Source: Camelus dromedarius (Eukaryota). From it: a stretch of 64,000 nt of DNA. Shown piece by piece: positions 37,531 through 49,893 of this stretch (position 1 is the first letter of the stretch; every line of letters begins with the position of its first letter). The stretch spans positions 80,106,001-80,170,000 of the forward strand of contig NC_087437.1 in NCBI RefSeq assembly GCF_036321535.1. Reading direction: 5' to 3'. The position numbers and the translations under genes were made by a program. The notes beneath the pieces are model-generated. The model was given only the letters and a program-made list of their open reading frames with translations, was not told the origin of the DNA and made no database searches.

Positions 37531-38277
37531 CCTGTTAGGAATTCTTAGGCAAGGATCTACATCCTCTTTAGTTTCTGCTTAGCTGGAGGGACAGAGGATC
37601 TCTTTATGCTTCAAGATACATCACACTCATCCAGTGACAGCCATCAAGATCTGTTTTCTTAACGCAGAAATGAGTTTAGACTAAGTTAATAATATCTGTC
37701 ATGGGTGGTATAATTTTAAAATCGAAATAACTCAGAGTAAAGACTGGTCATCTCAAAGTGGCAGAGAAATAATCTCAGTTACTCTAAAATTTTATATTCT
37801 ACTGCCTTAATTTAAAAATCAGCCTAAATCACCACTGCAATTTTTTTAATGAAGTGAGGTCTCTAAGCTATAATGACTTGGAACTATATTATATATTTTG
37901 AAGTTCAAAGTGAAGATTACTTGTGAATATTAATTTGAATTCATTTTAATTTTATTTGCTTTTTCATTAATAAATTAAACAATATAAAATTGACCTTTCA
38001 TACTTGAGAAGCAATTAAATTTTATTAAATTATGAATTTGCATGTTTTAGTTTGGAAGTTAGATTGTTATATAACATAAGTTTTCATTCAAAAGGCTAAA
38101 TTTTTTGAGTTAGTAAACTATTTAGTGGATGTAAATTGGGAATTAAACTGTACAAAGTTTTCAGAAATTTGACTCCCCATGATTAATATTTCATGAAAAA
38201 TTGAGGTGATTAATATACAATTGTGAATGATTCACTAACCCATAAACTCATGTATTCCACATTTTAGAAAGATCTTA

Positions 38278-38629
38278 TGTGTTGTTTACTTATTTCTGTA
38301 TAACAAGTTATCCCAAAATTTAGCAGCTTAAAATAATAAATATTTCTTATTTTATAATATGTGTGGGTTAGAAATTCAAGAGTGGCTTAGCTCAGTGGTC
38401 CAGCTCAAGGTCTCCCAGGAGGTATAGTCAAGAAGGCCAGGGCTGCATTTTCATCTGAAGACCTAATTAGAGAAGGATATGCTTTCAAGCTAAATCATAT
38501 GGTTATAGGAAGGTCCCACTTCCTCACTGACTGGTGGCCACAAGTCTCCATTTCTCTCTACATGAGCTGCTCTGTGGCTGCCTGATTATTTTCACAACAT
38601 GTCAGATGGTGTGCCCCAAACTGAGTGAT

Positions 38630-38661
<32 letters not shown>

Positions 38662-38828
38662 ATATATGCACAGAAGCCACAGCCTTTTGTACTCTAATCT
38701 TGGAAATGGCTTACCCTCATTTCTGCCATATGCTACTGGTCACAGAAACCAAAACAAGTGCATTCTGGAAGAGGTCTTTACAAGGGTAGGGATGCAAATG
38801 GGGGCCATGTTGGAGGCTGTCTACTACA
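38278..38828 (-). mobile_element. MaLR solo LTR (MLT1F-like) with internal (GA)n
   Basis: taacaagttatcccaaaatttagcagcttaaaa..ttctgccatatgctactggtcacaga..ggggccatgttggaggctgtctactaca terminus. Confidence 0.85.
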
Positions 38829-39204
38829 GTGTCACTATAGGATTTGGCAGACTGAATATCTTTTATACAAGTCTTTACCCAAGACTGCATTTTAGAATTG
38901 TATGATCATCAGTCTTTACCCAAGATGATCATTATACAATTCTAAAATGCAATCCAGTTGATGCCCAGATACATTGTGAAAACATATTATACCTCTGAAA
39001 AGGTTTCTGTGAATAAAATACTTGTTAATGTCTGTTTTTCCACAACTGTTCTCCTTTTTAGACTGTAAATTCATCAAGAGAGATACACTTTCTTCTTCAT
39101 GTTTATAGTTCTAGCTCCTTGAACAGTGGCTGAGATAGAGGTGCTTAGTAAATAGTTATTACTTACGCTGAATAGTCTTACATTTTAATTCTCAAAGTAG
39201 TTTA

Positions 39205-39765
39205 TCTTTTTTTAAAAAAAGTTAAGGTGTAATTTACATAAAATAAAATACACAGACCTTAAGTGTTTATTTTGGTAATTTTTGAAAATTGTATGCACCT
39301 ATGTCACCTCAAGAAAGATATAACACTTCCATCACCTCTAAAAATTCCACATATCTCTTTCCAGTTTTTTTTTTCCTTCTCCTTCCAACCTCAAACAATA
39401 AGTTTCTGATTTCTATCAACTTGCATCAGTTTTACCTGTTCTTGGACTTCATATAAATGGAATAATTTTATGCCAAATACCATATATACTTATATGTTTG
39501 ATTTTTTGCTTAATGTATATTTTTGAGAAACATATTGTTGCATGCATCAGTAGTTCATTCCTTTTTATTGCTGTATAATATTTTAATGTGTGAATGTGCC
39601 TCAACTTGTTTTTCCATTCTCCTTTTGCAGGACATTTGGATTGTTTCCACATTTGGCTATTATGAATAAAGCTGCTGTGAATATTCTCTTACAACTTTTC
39701 CTATGGACACATGATCCATTTCTCTTGTGTAGACACCAGACAGTGGATTTGCTGGATGCCATTGT
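39205..39765 (-). mobile_element. Old L1M (L1MC/ME-like) 3' end
   Basis: catataaatggaat..agtagttcattcctttttattgctg..ggacatttggattgtttcca..tggctattatgaataaagctgctgtgaa. Confidence 0.85.
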
Positions 39766-41139
39766 TTTTAATTAATCAAAAGGCTTCTTTGTCTTCCAGT
39801 ATGTTTAGAAACTTAAGACCTAATTAAAACAAACAAACAAACAAACAAAACCCACCAGCTGTGTCTAATTCCCAGTGAGAATGGAGAGCAAGCAGAAATG
39901 GAAAGACTAGTTTTCACACTAGGATTCTGGAGGGATCAAGAACAATAGCAGCATCCCTTTGTGCAAAGTCTGTGTATAAGGTTATGGAATGAATTCTCCA
40001 CACTAGCAGAGAGGCACCTTTGCAATGTGCAGAGACTAGGAGACCTGGGGGAGCAGTACCCTGAGAGAGAGCAAAGAGAGAACAAACTACGACAGCATAG
40101 ACAGTGATGGACCTGCTCTCCATTCTACTTGGGAATTAGAAAGAAGTCAGTGGTGGCTTTCCTTCAAATTCATCTTGCCTATATCCCAGATCCAGGCCTT
40201 TTGACAAAAATGTCTCCTTCTCGTTATCTATATACCTCTTAGAGCTCTATATTAGTTCATTCACCTAATCATCTATTTAACAAATGCTAATTCGAACATT
40301 TACTGTTTACAAGAGACTGTTGTAGGAGCTAGGGAAAACAAAAACAAACAAAAATCTCTGCCCACAGATGTTAAATATATTTGCATGTATATAATCAAAT
40401 TATATATTTCACTTCTATTCTGGTTTTTTTTTTCACTAAGGGATTAGAATCATAATATACCTAAAAACATTGGGGTATTGGATCTAGTGCCTGCCATAGC
40501 ATCCCTCACATGATAGGTGCTCATTACACGTCTGTTGACTGCATGAATGAGAAAATGTCCCAAAGTTTGGGGAATGAAATACTGCTTATCATGAAACAGA
40601 GATTCATTAGGTGAGTATACAAATTAGGACTTTCCAGGGGTCCGTTCAGTAATATATTCAGTAATTCTGTACCAAATCCTTTTCGGAAGTAGGTGGGCTA
40701 TACCGCAATTTTGCCACATAGTACACGGCCTCAATCTCAGCTAAAGATGAAGTTTATTTTTCCAAGAAAAGCTAGGCCACTTTTAGAACGAAAGTAAAAA
40801 AGCACATTCAACTTAGTAATGTCAGACACTTATCAATAGCTTAGTAACCACCAAACCAAATTACTTCATACTTGGCTTGTGGTTGAACCTGTAGCACAAA
40901 TATATTTCTAGATACAAAGGGAAAATAGCATTTTACAAAATTCATATCTGATTTTTTTAAAATCCCACCTGAAAGTCATTCATCTAAGAAAGTTGCAAAC
41001 CCTGGGATTTCAAGGTCATGCTACTTTCAAAGTGAATGGGATCAAAGGGTCTGAAGAACACAAGAAATACTTGCAGACAGGAAGACACCACATCAACAGG
41101 CTATCACAAGCAACTGCTGTGAGAGGATAAACCATCCTC

Positions 41140-41640
41140 ACTAGACTGAGCTTTTTATACACAACTTTCACTTTTTCTGATGATAAAAGTAACCATTGTT
41201 CATTGTAGAAAAACAAAAAGCATAAAATCATAAAGAAAAAAATCAAAATCACCAGGCATAATCGCTGATAAATGTGGATCAATTTCCTCCTGATATTGCC
41301 TCTGCGTATGTTAGCTGAGCTCTTCTATATATTAAAACTTGTACTGTTTTTCATATCTACTATTGCAACACAAGATTTCTCCTAGTTTATTACAAATATC
41401 TCATCATACATTCTCTTAGTGACGACATAATACTTCACATAACTCCCTATTTTGACTACTGACATTATTTTCATTTTTTTTTTACTATTTTAATAATTAT
41501 TGCTACTTTAAATGTTTCTGAAATTTGAGGAATTTGTTAGTTGTGTTGGTTTTTGGAGATTGGGTAGGTAATTCAGATTTTTTTACTTAGGGTTTATTCT
41601 CAGGAGTGAAATTAAACAGCATATATTGCCAATTACTATG
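41140..41640 (-). mobile_element. Degraded L1ME 3' end fragments
   Basis: tgataaaagtaaccattgttcattgtagaaaa..aactccctattt..cttagggtttattctcaggagtgaaatt. Confidence 0.55.
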
Positions 41641-42682
41641 CAGCCTCATAAATCTGACACATAAAGAGATAGCCACTCCCTGTCCCATGTATATCATACT
41701 CTTTGAAAACCAATTCCAACCTAATGGACCCTAATGACCTGACACCAGGATTTGATATAGATCCAGAATTTATATTTTCATCTTTTAATACATAATTTAA
41801 CCCCACTAAATTCTGTAATAAGTTTTATAGGTATGCCAATATTCTCTAAAAGGCAGTAAATGTCTTTTTTCTGGTTCTTATGAAACACTGCATTTTTTTT
41901 AAACCTGATTTTATTAGATGCAGAAACATTTCAATGGGCAAAAGATAAATGTTGACCTTAAATATTTCATCTCATTAACTTCAGTTGTTTCCATTCAAAT
42001 GAAAAGATAGTTTCTCTTAAATCTAAACTAAAGTCTAATCTGTTAATAGAGGTCCATGTATCTCCCTGTTCAGGACATAAAGAAACTACAAATTCACCCT
42101 TGCAGACTGAGGAAGGCATACCTGCTGAAACTTTCACCTTGAATTCTTAAGCCACCCCAAGACTCTAAGCAGGAGAAACCATGCAGAGAGCACAAGACAT
42201 ACAAGAAAGCAGAGTTAATGACAAAATAAGAAAGATGAGCACACAGAGACATACACCTAGACCAAAATCTTAAGATTTTTAAGACATACACCTAGACCAA
42301 AATCTTAAATCTTTTTCAGTCCTAACTCCAAAAAGTTGAGGCAATGAGAAGTACTTTTTCAGGTCATGTTTCCTACAACCTCATGATTGTTTTAATGTTT
42401 AGGCTTTAAGAAATCCTCATGAACACAGTGCACTCATTTAGAACATGTGACAAAGGACTAAAACACGTAGGAATCAAACCCAAAAGCTTTTTAAACAAAC
42501 TTTCAGGATGGAAATGAAATGTTGATACCAAAACATGATTATAAATAAAGTTACAAAAATTTATTCCATGTAGTCACAGACGAATAATAATAAAACAGTT
42601 AAAGAAATTAGAAGCTGAAACACAGTCATATGACTTCAGGCAGATATGAAAGATAGCTGTATGTGGGTGTTCCTAAGCAGCT

Positions 42683-43110
42683 TTTTTTTTTTTTTTTTGC
42701 TTTTAATTTTAAAGGTTACTTTCCATTTACAGGTATTACAAAATATTGGCTATGTTCCCCGTGTTGTACAGCACATCCCTGAGCCCGTCTTACATCCAAT
42801 AGTTTGTGCCTCTTGCTCCCTCACCTCTGTGTCGTCCCTTTGCCCTGCACTGGTAACCACTAGTTTGTTCCCATATCTGTGTCTGCTTCTCTTTTGTTAT
42901 ATTCACTACTTTGTTGTATTTTTTAGATACCACATATAATGATATCATATAGTATTTGTCTTTCTCTGTCTGACTTATTTCACTTAGCATAATGCCCTCC
43001 AAGTCAACCCATGTTACTGCAAATGGCAAAATTTCACTGTTTTTTTATGTCTGAGTAGTAGTCCATTGTGTGTATGTATGTATGTATGTCTTATTTATCC
43101 ATTCATCTGT
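42683..43110 (-). mobile_element. 5'-truncated L1 3' end (artiodactyl-type)
   Basis: Poly-T at the left; gtatttgtctttctctgtctgacttatttcacttagcataatg; ORF 42790..43029 (MPFAVTWVDLEGIMLSEISQ) is the ORF2 C-terminal motif; TSD ctaagcagct/ctaaatagct. Confidence 0.9.
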
Positions 43111-43959
43111 CTAAATAGCTCTTTTAACTCAAGTGCCAAATGGACCCTTTATAAGGAAATCATTCCACATCCCACTGTACCAAGGGTAGAACCACAAAGC
43201 CAGAAACATGCAGTCATACTTAATTCTGTATTACTCTACAATTTGCAGGAAGTTGCTTTGTTTTTCTCCTCTTTAAATAATTTAATTCTACAGACATATA
43301 CACTGAGCACCAGCTCTGAGCTAAGTTCACTGCTAAGTACTGAGGAAAGATAGGTAAAATGTAATTCCTTCCTTTAAGGCATTTATTATCTAGCACAGTT
43401 TTAGCACTTAAAATAATAGCTGCACTATGACCAATGGATTAGTATCATGCATATTTCAGCAAATGTTCATTGTACCTTTCAATACAGTTATAAATAAGTC
43501 AATCCGCACAGACATTATCTTACTTCATGTCCACAACAAACCCTGAGTAGTGAGTATTATTGTTTGCATAGAGTAGATGAATAAACACAGGCTCAAAAAG
43601 TCACGTGGCAAGTACCAAGAAGAGCTCAGATTCTAGGCAAAGCTCCATCGTGACAGTAAACCACAGGGCCTGAGATTCAGATAATTACCTCAGTTCATTT
43701 TGCCAGTGGAGACAAGTCACCCTTTTGATACTGTAGCCATTAAAGCTGAAGATACCTTGAAAAATAATGTAGTTAAATAGCTATAACTACTGGGACGCAT
43801 GAAAACATCATCTCCTCAAAACAATTATTTTATGCCCACATAGCACCTTCCCCATCATCCACTATCAGCTGAACAATTTACCTTCATGATAGTCCCTCTC
43901 CTATTTGAATTAATATATATCTCTTTTACTTATTATTATATTTCTTGCTCCTATCCACA

Positions 43960-45615
43960 GTGACAGTTGTTTTCTTCCTCATTTCTGATTCTAATCTGGT
44001 TTTCATTCCAAGCAATATGATTCACTCTTGCACTTATCATGAACCAATGGATACTTCTACGTCTTCATCTCATTGCCTTGCAGGTGTATTCGACAAAGCT
44101 GTTTATGCCTTTCTTGGCTTACCTTCCTTGCCCTCCTTCCATGACATAGCTCTGCCCAGTCTCATTATATCCAAGCATCTTTCAGCATCTCCTTTCATGG
44201 CCTCACCACCAAATATTAATGACTCATTTCTTGGTCCAGAGCCTTCTGCCTTTCTCAGTCCATACCTTATCCTATGTAATCTCATCAACATCTGTAGCTT
44301 TATGTGCCAACTTTATACTGATGACTACCAAATTTATGCCTTCCAAAGACCTCTCACCTGAGTACCAGATATATAACCAATTGTGCACTGGACATTTCCA
44401 CCTGATATTGGCTGACTTCATTCCCACTAACTTCTTCCTCAAAACATGCTTCTCCCCTTAACTTCCCCATTTTAGAAAATAATACATAATCATATGCAGT
44501 TGCTAGATAAAACTCTAGGAAGACACTCTTAAGTCCTCATATGTCCCCTCTTCCCATATTCAACCCAGGAGTAACTACCATTGAGTATATCTTCAAATTA
44601 AGGTTTGAATTCTTCCACATCTTTCCATCTCCACTCTTACCACTCTTCTCTAAAACACTGTAAATATCCCACATAGATTCTTAGTGTAATCTGATCTTAC
44701 TGCTCTACTTAAGCCCTATCTCTCCCCCCAACAAAAATACACTGACTAATTCAACAATATTTATTAAAATATACTATGTATGAGGAACTTTTCCATCTGC
44801 TGAAGATACAAAAATAACAAAAATCCCAATTCTTATAGAACTTGCATTCTAGTGGGAACAGCACACAATCAGCAAAAGGTAAATATATATAGTATATTCA
44901 ACGGTGATGAGTACTAAGGAAAAAAAGTAAGCAAACCAAGGCAGTGGAAAATGCCAGATAAGAGTAAGTTGTAATATAATTAGTGGGGTCAGGTCCATTC
45001 TTGATACAGTAGATAGAAGGATGTAATTTCTCTAGGTATAAATCAGTTCATAGCATTGCATAGTTTTAAAGTCTTCTCACGAGTCACTTTAAATCTAGAG
45101 TAAAATCTAAGAATCCTTACTTTGGTTTAGAAGAGTCTCATACTCTGGTCTCCTGCCTACTATTTCAATCTCTTCAGTCACTAGACCTCAGAAGACTCCA
45201 TTCAGTTTCTCAGCACTCTAAATGTTCCTGCCTCACTACTGCTGCACTAACTACTTCCACTACCTGGAACATTCTCTCTCAGCTCCACTTTTAGTGGGTT
45301 CCCTGTCTTCCTTCAGGTTGAGCTCAGATCTTACCTCATAAGAAATGCCCTTCTGAGCCTTCCATCTCAAATAGCACAACCATCCACCAAGGCTTCTTAA
45401 CTTATTTCCTCTTCTTACAGCACCTAACACAATTATTTTGAATATATGTTTCCTTAGTTTTTATTATCCATCTTTTCCAACTAGAATGTATGCTGCTTGA
45501 GGGGGGACCCTCATGCTCTGTCTAGTCACTCACTGCTTCATCCCCAAACTAGAGCTGTGCCTGGCACTAGGAAGCATTTGTAAATACTTGTTCATTCATT
45601 GATTGAGTAAGTGAA
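43960..45615 (+). mobile_element. L2 element (RT region to 3' end) with a nested antisense L2a piece at ~44742-44995
   Basis: ORF 43945..44361 keeps AGVFDK and LYTDDYQIY (decayed AAFDT and YADD RT motifs); 3' end actagaatgta..gtgcctggcac..aaatacttgtt. Confidence 0.85.
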
Positions 45616-45830
45616 TATCAATTCCAATTCAAATTGTTTTTTTTTGAAACAATTTTTCAGAAACAAATTTTCAGAAAAAATTTACTGAACATCCCCTGTG
45701 TGCCATACATTGGCATGATTCTTCACAAATGACTTACCTGTAGAATGCAGGCTAAATATCCTCTTACTTATGATCAGAGAAATATGAAATTCTGGTGATA
45801 AAAGGACTTTAAAAATGACTTTTTTAATCT

Positions 45831-46012
45831 CCAATCCCTAATTTATATATAAAATAGATAAACAGACAAGAACCTACTCAATCTCTTGTAATAACATATA
45901 ATGGAAAAGAATCTGAAAATATATATGTGTTTGTTTATGTATAACTGAACTACTTTACTATACACTTGAAACTAACATTGTGTATCAACTACACCTCAAT
46001 AAAAAAAATTTT
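45831..46012 (+). mobile_element. Short artiodactyl-type L1 3' end
   Basis: ataaaatagataaac..tataatggaaaagaatctgaaaa..A-tail; 18-bp TSD 45813-45830 / 46013-46030 (1 mismatch). Confidence 0.9.
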
Positions 46013-46959
46013 AAATCACTTTTTTAATCTAAACTTTCCAGGAAACTGAAACTAAAACATGTTGAACAACATGTCCAAATCACATAACTTAAAGAGTACA
46101 ATAAAAAGACTCACTCAGTTGAAGATATCTCACACGCAGTACAGTGCCTCCTACATAATAAGAACATCTTAATGAGAATGTGAGCAACAAAATGTCTCAG
46201 GTTTCAGAATGTATAAATTTGGGGAATGTTCACCAGGGTGTCAAATGATATCAATGTTAAATATAAAGGGTGGATTTTTTATATATATTTAAAATAAAAC
46301 AAATAGATAGTAACTTTCATTTGCAAATTTTTGCTGTAAATTCCTGAATGGCTATACTTAAAGAACATTGTGATGATCCAGCTTTTCAACTAGATCAGGT
46401 AGATTGTTGATACCCAAGGGCAAAGCTTTGAAAAACTAAAAATTTCATCTTTAGAATTACAATAGCATACATCTGATTCAAGATTGACCACCATTATCTT
46501 CTTTCTTTCCCAAGACCCCAGTAAATGAAGGTACAGGAATTAAAAAGGTATAAATATTAATTAAGAGGATGGGGCTAGGGAAGGAGCATCAATAGAGAAC
46601 ATGAGGAGTAGGTGGAGGAAGAGGGCAAGGAAAGTATGGTGTGATGTGCTCACTGACAGGCACACAGGTGAGGGAAAACCACTTCCCCTGCAGAATTCCA
46701 TGAGGCTTGCCACTCAGAGATGTCATGTACTTAGGAAGGCAAAGGTAAGAACTGAGGCTAAAAGTGGAGAGATAAATTGAGAGACCGTAAATGTTGACCT
46801 GACAGCTAATGGTCAAAACTCACCAGCTAAACTTCTTCTAGGCAAAGAACCAAAAGAAATTGAAACACTCCAGAAACATCCTTTTCAGGTGCAGAGTCCC
46901 ATAGCATAGCAGCCAGCTTGCCACTCAGTCCTCTGAAACGACACAACCAGTGGAAAATC

Positions 46960-48450
46960 TAATCCACTACAGTGGGCCAATATCAACTTTTTATTTTTTC
47001 ATTTGTAAATATGAACAATCAAAAGTTACCAAGCTTTTGAGGAAAAACTGCTTTATAAAAAAAGAAAAAGAGACTGAAATAAACCAATAAGGAAAAAAAA
47101 TTTAATTCAGGGAACAAAATTAAACAAAATACATATATAAGTTTTTAATAATATTTTCAGACAGACAAGATAAACATGAGTATTATGAAAAGGTTATACC
47201 ATTGTTTGGAAATAAAAACTATCATCACCTAAATTATAAATTCATAAATAAAGTGACAATAAAGTTGAAAAAAATCTCCCTGAAGTCAAACAATAAGAAA
47301 AGGAACTATGAGATATCTTTTCTGATTAGAGACATAAAGGATTAACCAGGAAACCTAATATATAAACAACAAGGAAAGAAGATTTTTTTAAAAAGAGACA
47401 GAGGAAGTTATTACAGAAACATTATTTAGAACCAAACGATCTATCAAGGGACCTGCAAATGGGTGAAAATGAACCAAAGTGCAGTAAATGTAAGTGAACT
47501 ATTAGACTACCAAGTATAAAGAGAAGATTTTAAAGGAATCCAGAGGAAAAACAAACCATCAACAAAGAATCAACAAGAAAACAAGGGCACTGTTTTCAAC
47601 AGCAGTACTGAATGTTGCCAAGCCATCGCTTTGAAACAACGCCTTCAAAGTCGTAAGGAAGAATGCTTTGTAACCTAGCCCTGTATGTCTACTCAAACTA
47701 TTAATTATATAAAAGAGTAGAATGAAAATAGTTTCACACTCAAAAAATATACCTCCCATCCAACTTTTTTCTATGAAGTTACTTGAAGTGTATCTTCTGC
47801 AAAATGTAAAAATAAACCAAAAAAGATAAGGAAAGAGTGGATCTAACTTAGAAAAAGACAGATTATAGGACTGCCTGACTGGCAGTTGTGCAGCACATAG
47901 AGTTCAATGGTGCAGACTGGAAGAGGGCAGGAGAGGACTTAAGGATCATAAGAAAATATGATTGACACGAAACACTACCAGATATAATGAGGATCTGAAA
48001 AACATAGGCTTCATAGTGAGCCCATGAAAAAAGGCAAAGACTGTAAGATTAAAAAAAGGTGATTATAAGCTTCTGCAAAAAACAAAAACCACACAGGAAA
48101 AGAAATACTATAATAGTATATTTTCAGCTAAAATGTTTATATAATCATAATAATATATACTGTTTATCAATTTCACAAAAAGTAGCAGTACATCATATGA
48201 GCAGGACAGAGGACTATGTAGTGCTCGGAATTAAAAGGCACTATTTAGATTGATAAATAAAGAAATGCTTTTATTAGCATATTAATAAAGGTATGGGAGT
48301 AACAGCAAATAAGCGAAAGAGTAAAAATGTCTCTGAATAGTGGATTCAAAGTAAGGAAGTAAATAAGCAGGGTCACTTTTCACTATAACTCCTTAAATAT
48401 TGCTCATATCATCATGTGGCTGTATTGTATTTTTATATAAAACTTACTTA
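46960..48450 (+). mobile_element. Ancient HAL1-like element
   Basis: ORF1 motifs aaagagaagattttaaa, caacgccttcaaagtc, aacctag..aaactatt, aaaaatatacctcccat..aagttacttga; no ORF2. Confidence 0.65.
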
Positions 48451-48501
48451 TTTTCCAAACAAAAGGCATGTATTTAAAACTTTCACTTAATCATATATAT
48501 A

Positions 48502-48900
48502 TGTAAAGGATATCACCCTGCCCTTCCCAGTCCCACTTCTTTGCTCTCAATTGTCACTCGGAGAGCCACCCATTGACGTCTTGGTGGAGGTAGTAACCTG
48601 GACAGTCAGATTAACAGTATTTGGTTCAGGGGTCAAACCATGGCTCAGCTGGGGACAATAAGATCAAAGCTGAGGATTTAACTGGAGAAAAATATGTGGT
48701 TTTTCATCACATGGACTGCAGGTTTAAACTGCTAGTTGCCAACTTTTTCATCCTTTGGTAAAAAGGAGCCAATGCAAAGGGAAGTAGAGCCTAAACGTGG
48801 AGAGAGGCCTGCTCACAGGAGCACCTGGATACAGACGGGCCTTTATCTGGAGTTAGCCGTGGGGTCAGAGAGCCAACTAAATGCATGTTTGTTCGTTTTA
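48502..48900 (+). mobile_element. Old MaLR LTR (MLT1K/L-like)
   Basis: ttggttcaggggt..gagccaatgcaaagggaagtagagc..gagcacctggatacag..gagccaactaaat. Confidence 0.5.
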
Positions 48901-49260
48901 ATGAAAATATTTAACATCACAGAACAATAATATGAAATAATTTATCATGTTTTTAGTTTTATTCTTCCATATTCTTATACAAATAGGGTTTGATTTGGAG
49001 ATGGGTACCTATTTAGAGATATGACTTAAAGTATTATTCTTATTATTGACTTCTGTACTTTCTGACATTTTTTGCTTACTTTTATAAGTTAAAATTATTT
49101 TTAAATAGTAGCAATAATAATTTTAAAGGAGAAAGATTATGTAAGACAAGAGCTGAGAGAGGTAAAGACAAGCCCAGTGGATCTAAAGTTCAGACATGAG
49201 GGAATCAGAAAACACATTTCTAAAAAGTCAGACTAGGAACAAAGAAATGAGAACAACTGA

Positions 49261-49893
49261 TGACAATGCTGAATTTTACCTAAACCCTGTGATCCTGGGA
49301 AACAGCATCAGTTAAAGAAATTCCTTCACCTTTAGTGTCTCAGAAAGTGTCTTATTGCAAAGGAACACCCTTCCCCATATGGCTTAGATCAGACTCACAC
49401 ATGCCCACTTGTCTACCTATAATAAGGCAAGAAAGACACAGATCCTTCAAATTCCCATTCTTTATCTCATAAATGATTAGCTTACTGTTACATTCCCCAC
49501 TGATAATTCAGAACAAAATGCTTGTTAACCAAATATTGGTTAAATTTCCATTCTCAAGCCACTGGCTTTTCATTCACCCTCACCTGAGCCAGCACAGAAC
49601 CCCTTCATAACGGCCCTTCCCGAGAATATACTAACATCAGGGTAAAACATTCTCTGATCTCCTAATTTTTCACAGCCACTCTCACTCATCCCATTCCCCC
49701 AACCTTGTTCTTTCTAGCCTTGTTTACTCCTTCCTCTAAAAGCAAAGCCCTTTTCTTTGAGATGCTTGCTGAGCTTATGGCCCAAGCATTCTCCCTGTTG
49801 TAATAGTCTCCCTTTTCCTATTGCAGTGGTCTCTTTCCTCCCTCTTGCAATAAAGTCTCTCCTTATCTAAGTCTGGTTTTGTTTCATTTGATG
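49261..49893 (+). mobile_element. ERV1 solo LTR (MER67-like)
   Basis: Start tgacaatgctgaattttacctaaaccctgtg; caccc.ttccccatat..cttagat; polyA signal aataaa at ~49849 then gtctctcctta. Confidence 0.75.

Noticed and set aside
38534..38905. 123-aa ORF
   Set aside because: Runs through an MLT1 LTR and a (GA)n tract
40640..40800. CpG-containing stretch considered as a mitochondrial insertion (NUMT)
   Set aside because: Only a few bases resemble 12S rRNA; no extended similarity
43945..44361. 138-aa ORF with a YxDD-like motif as a possible active reverse transcriptase
   Set aside because: Short decayed piece of an L2 RT with degenerate motifs, embedded in a fragmented L2
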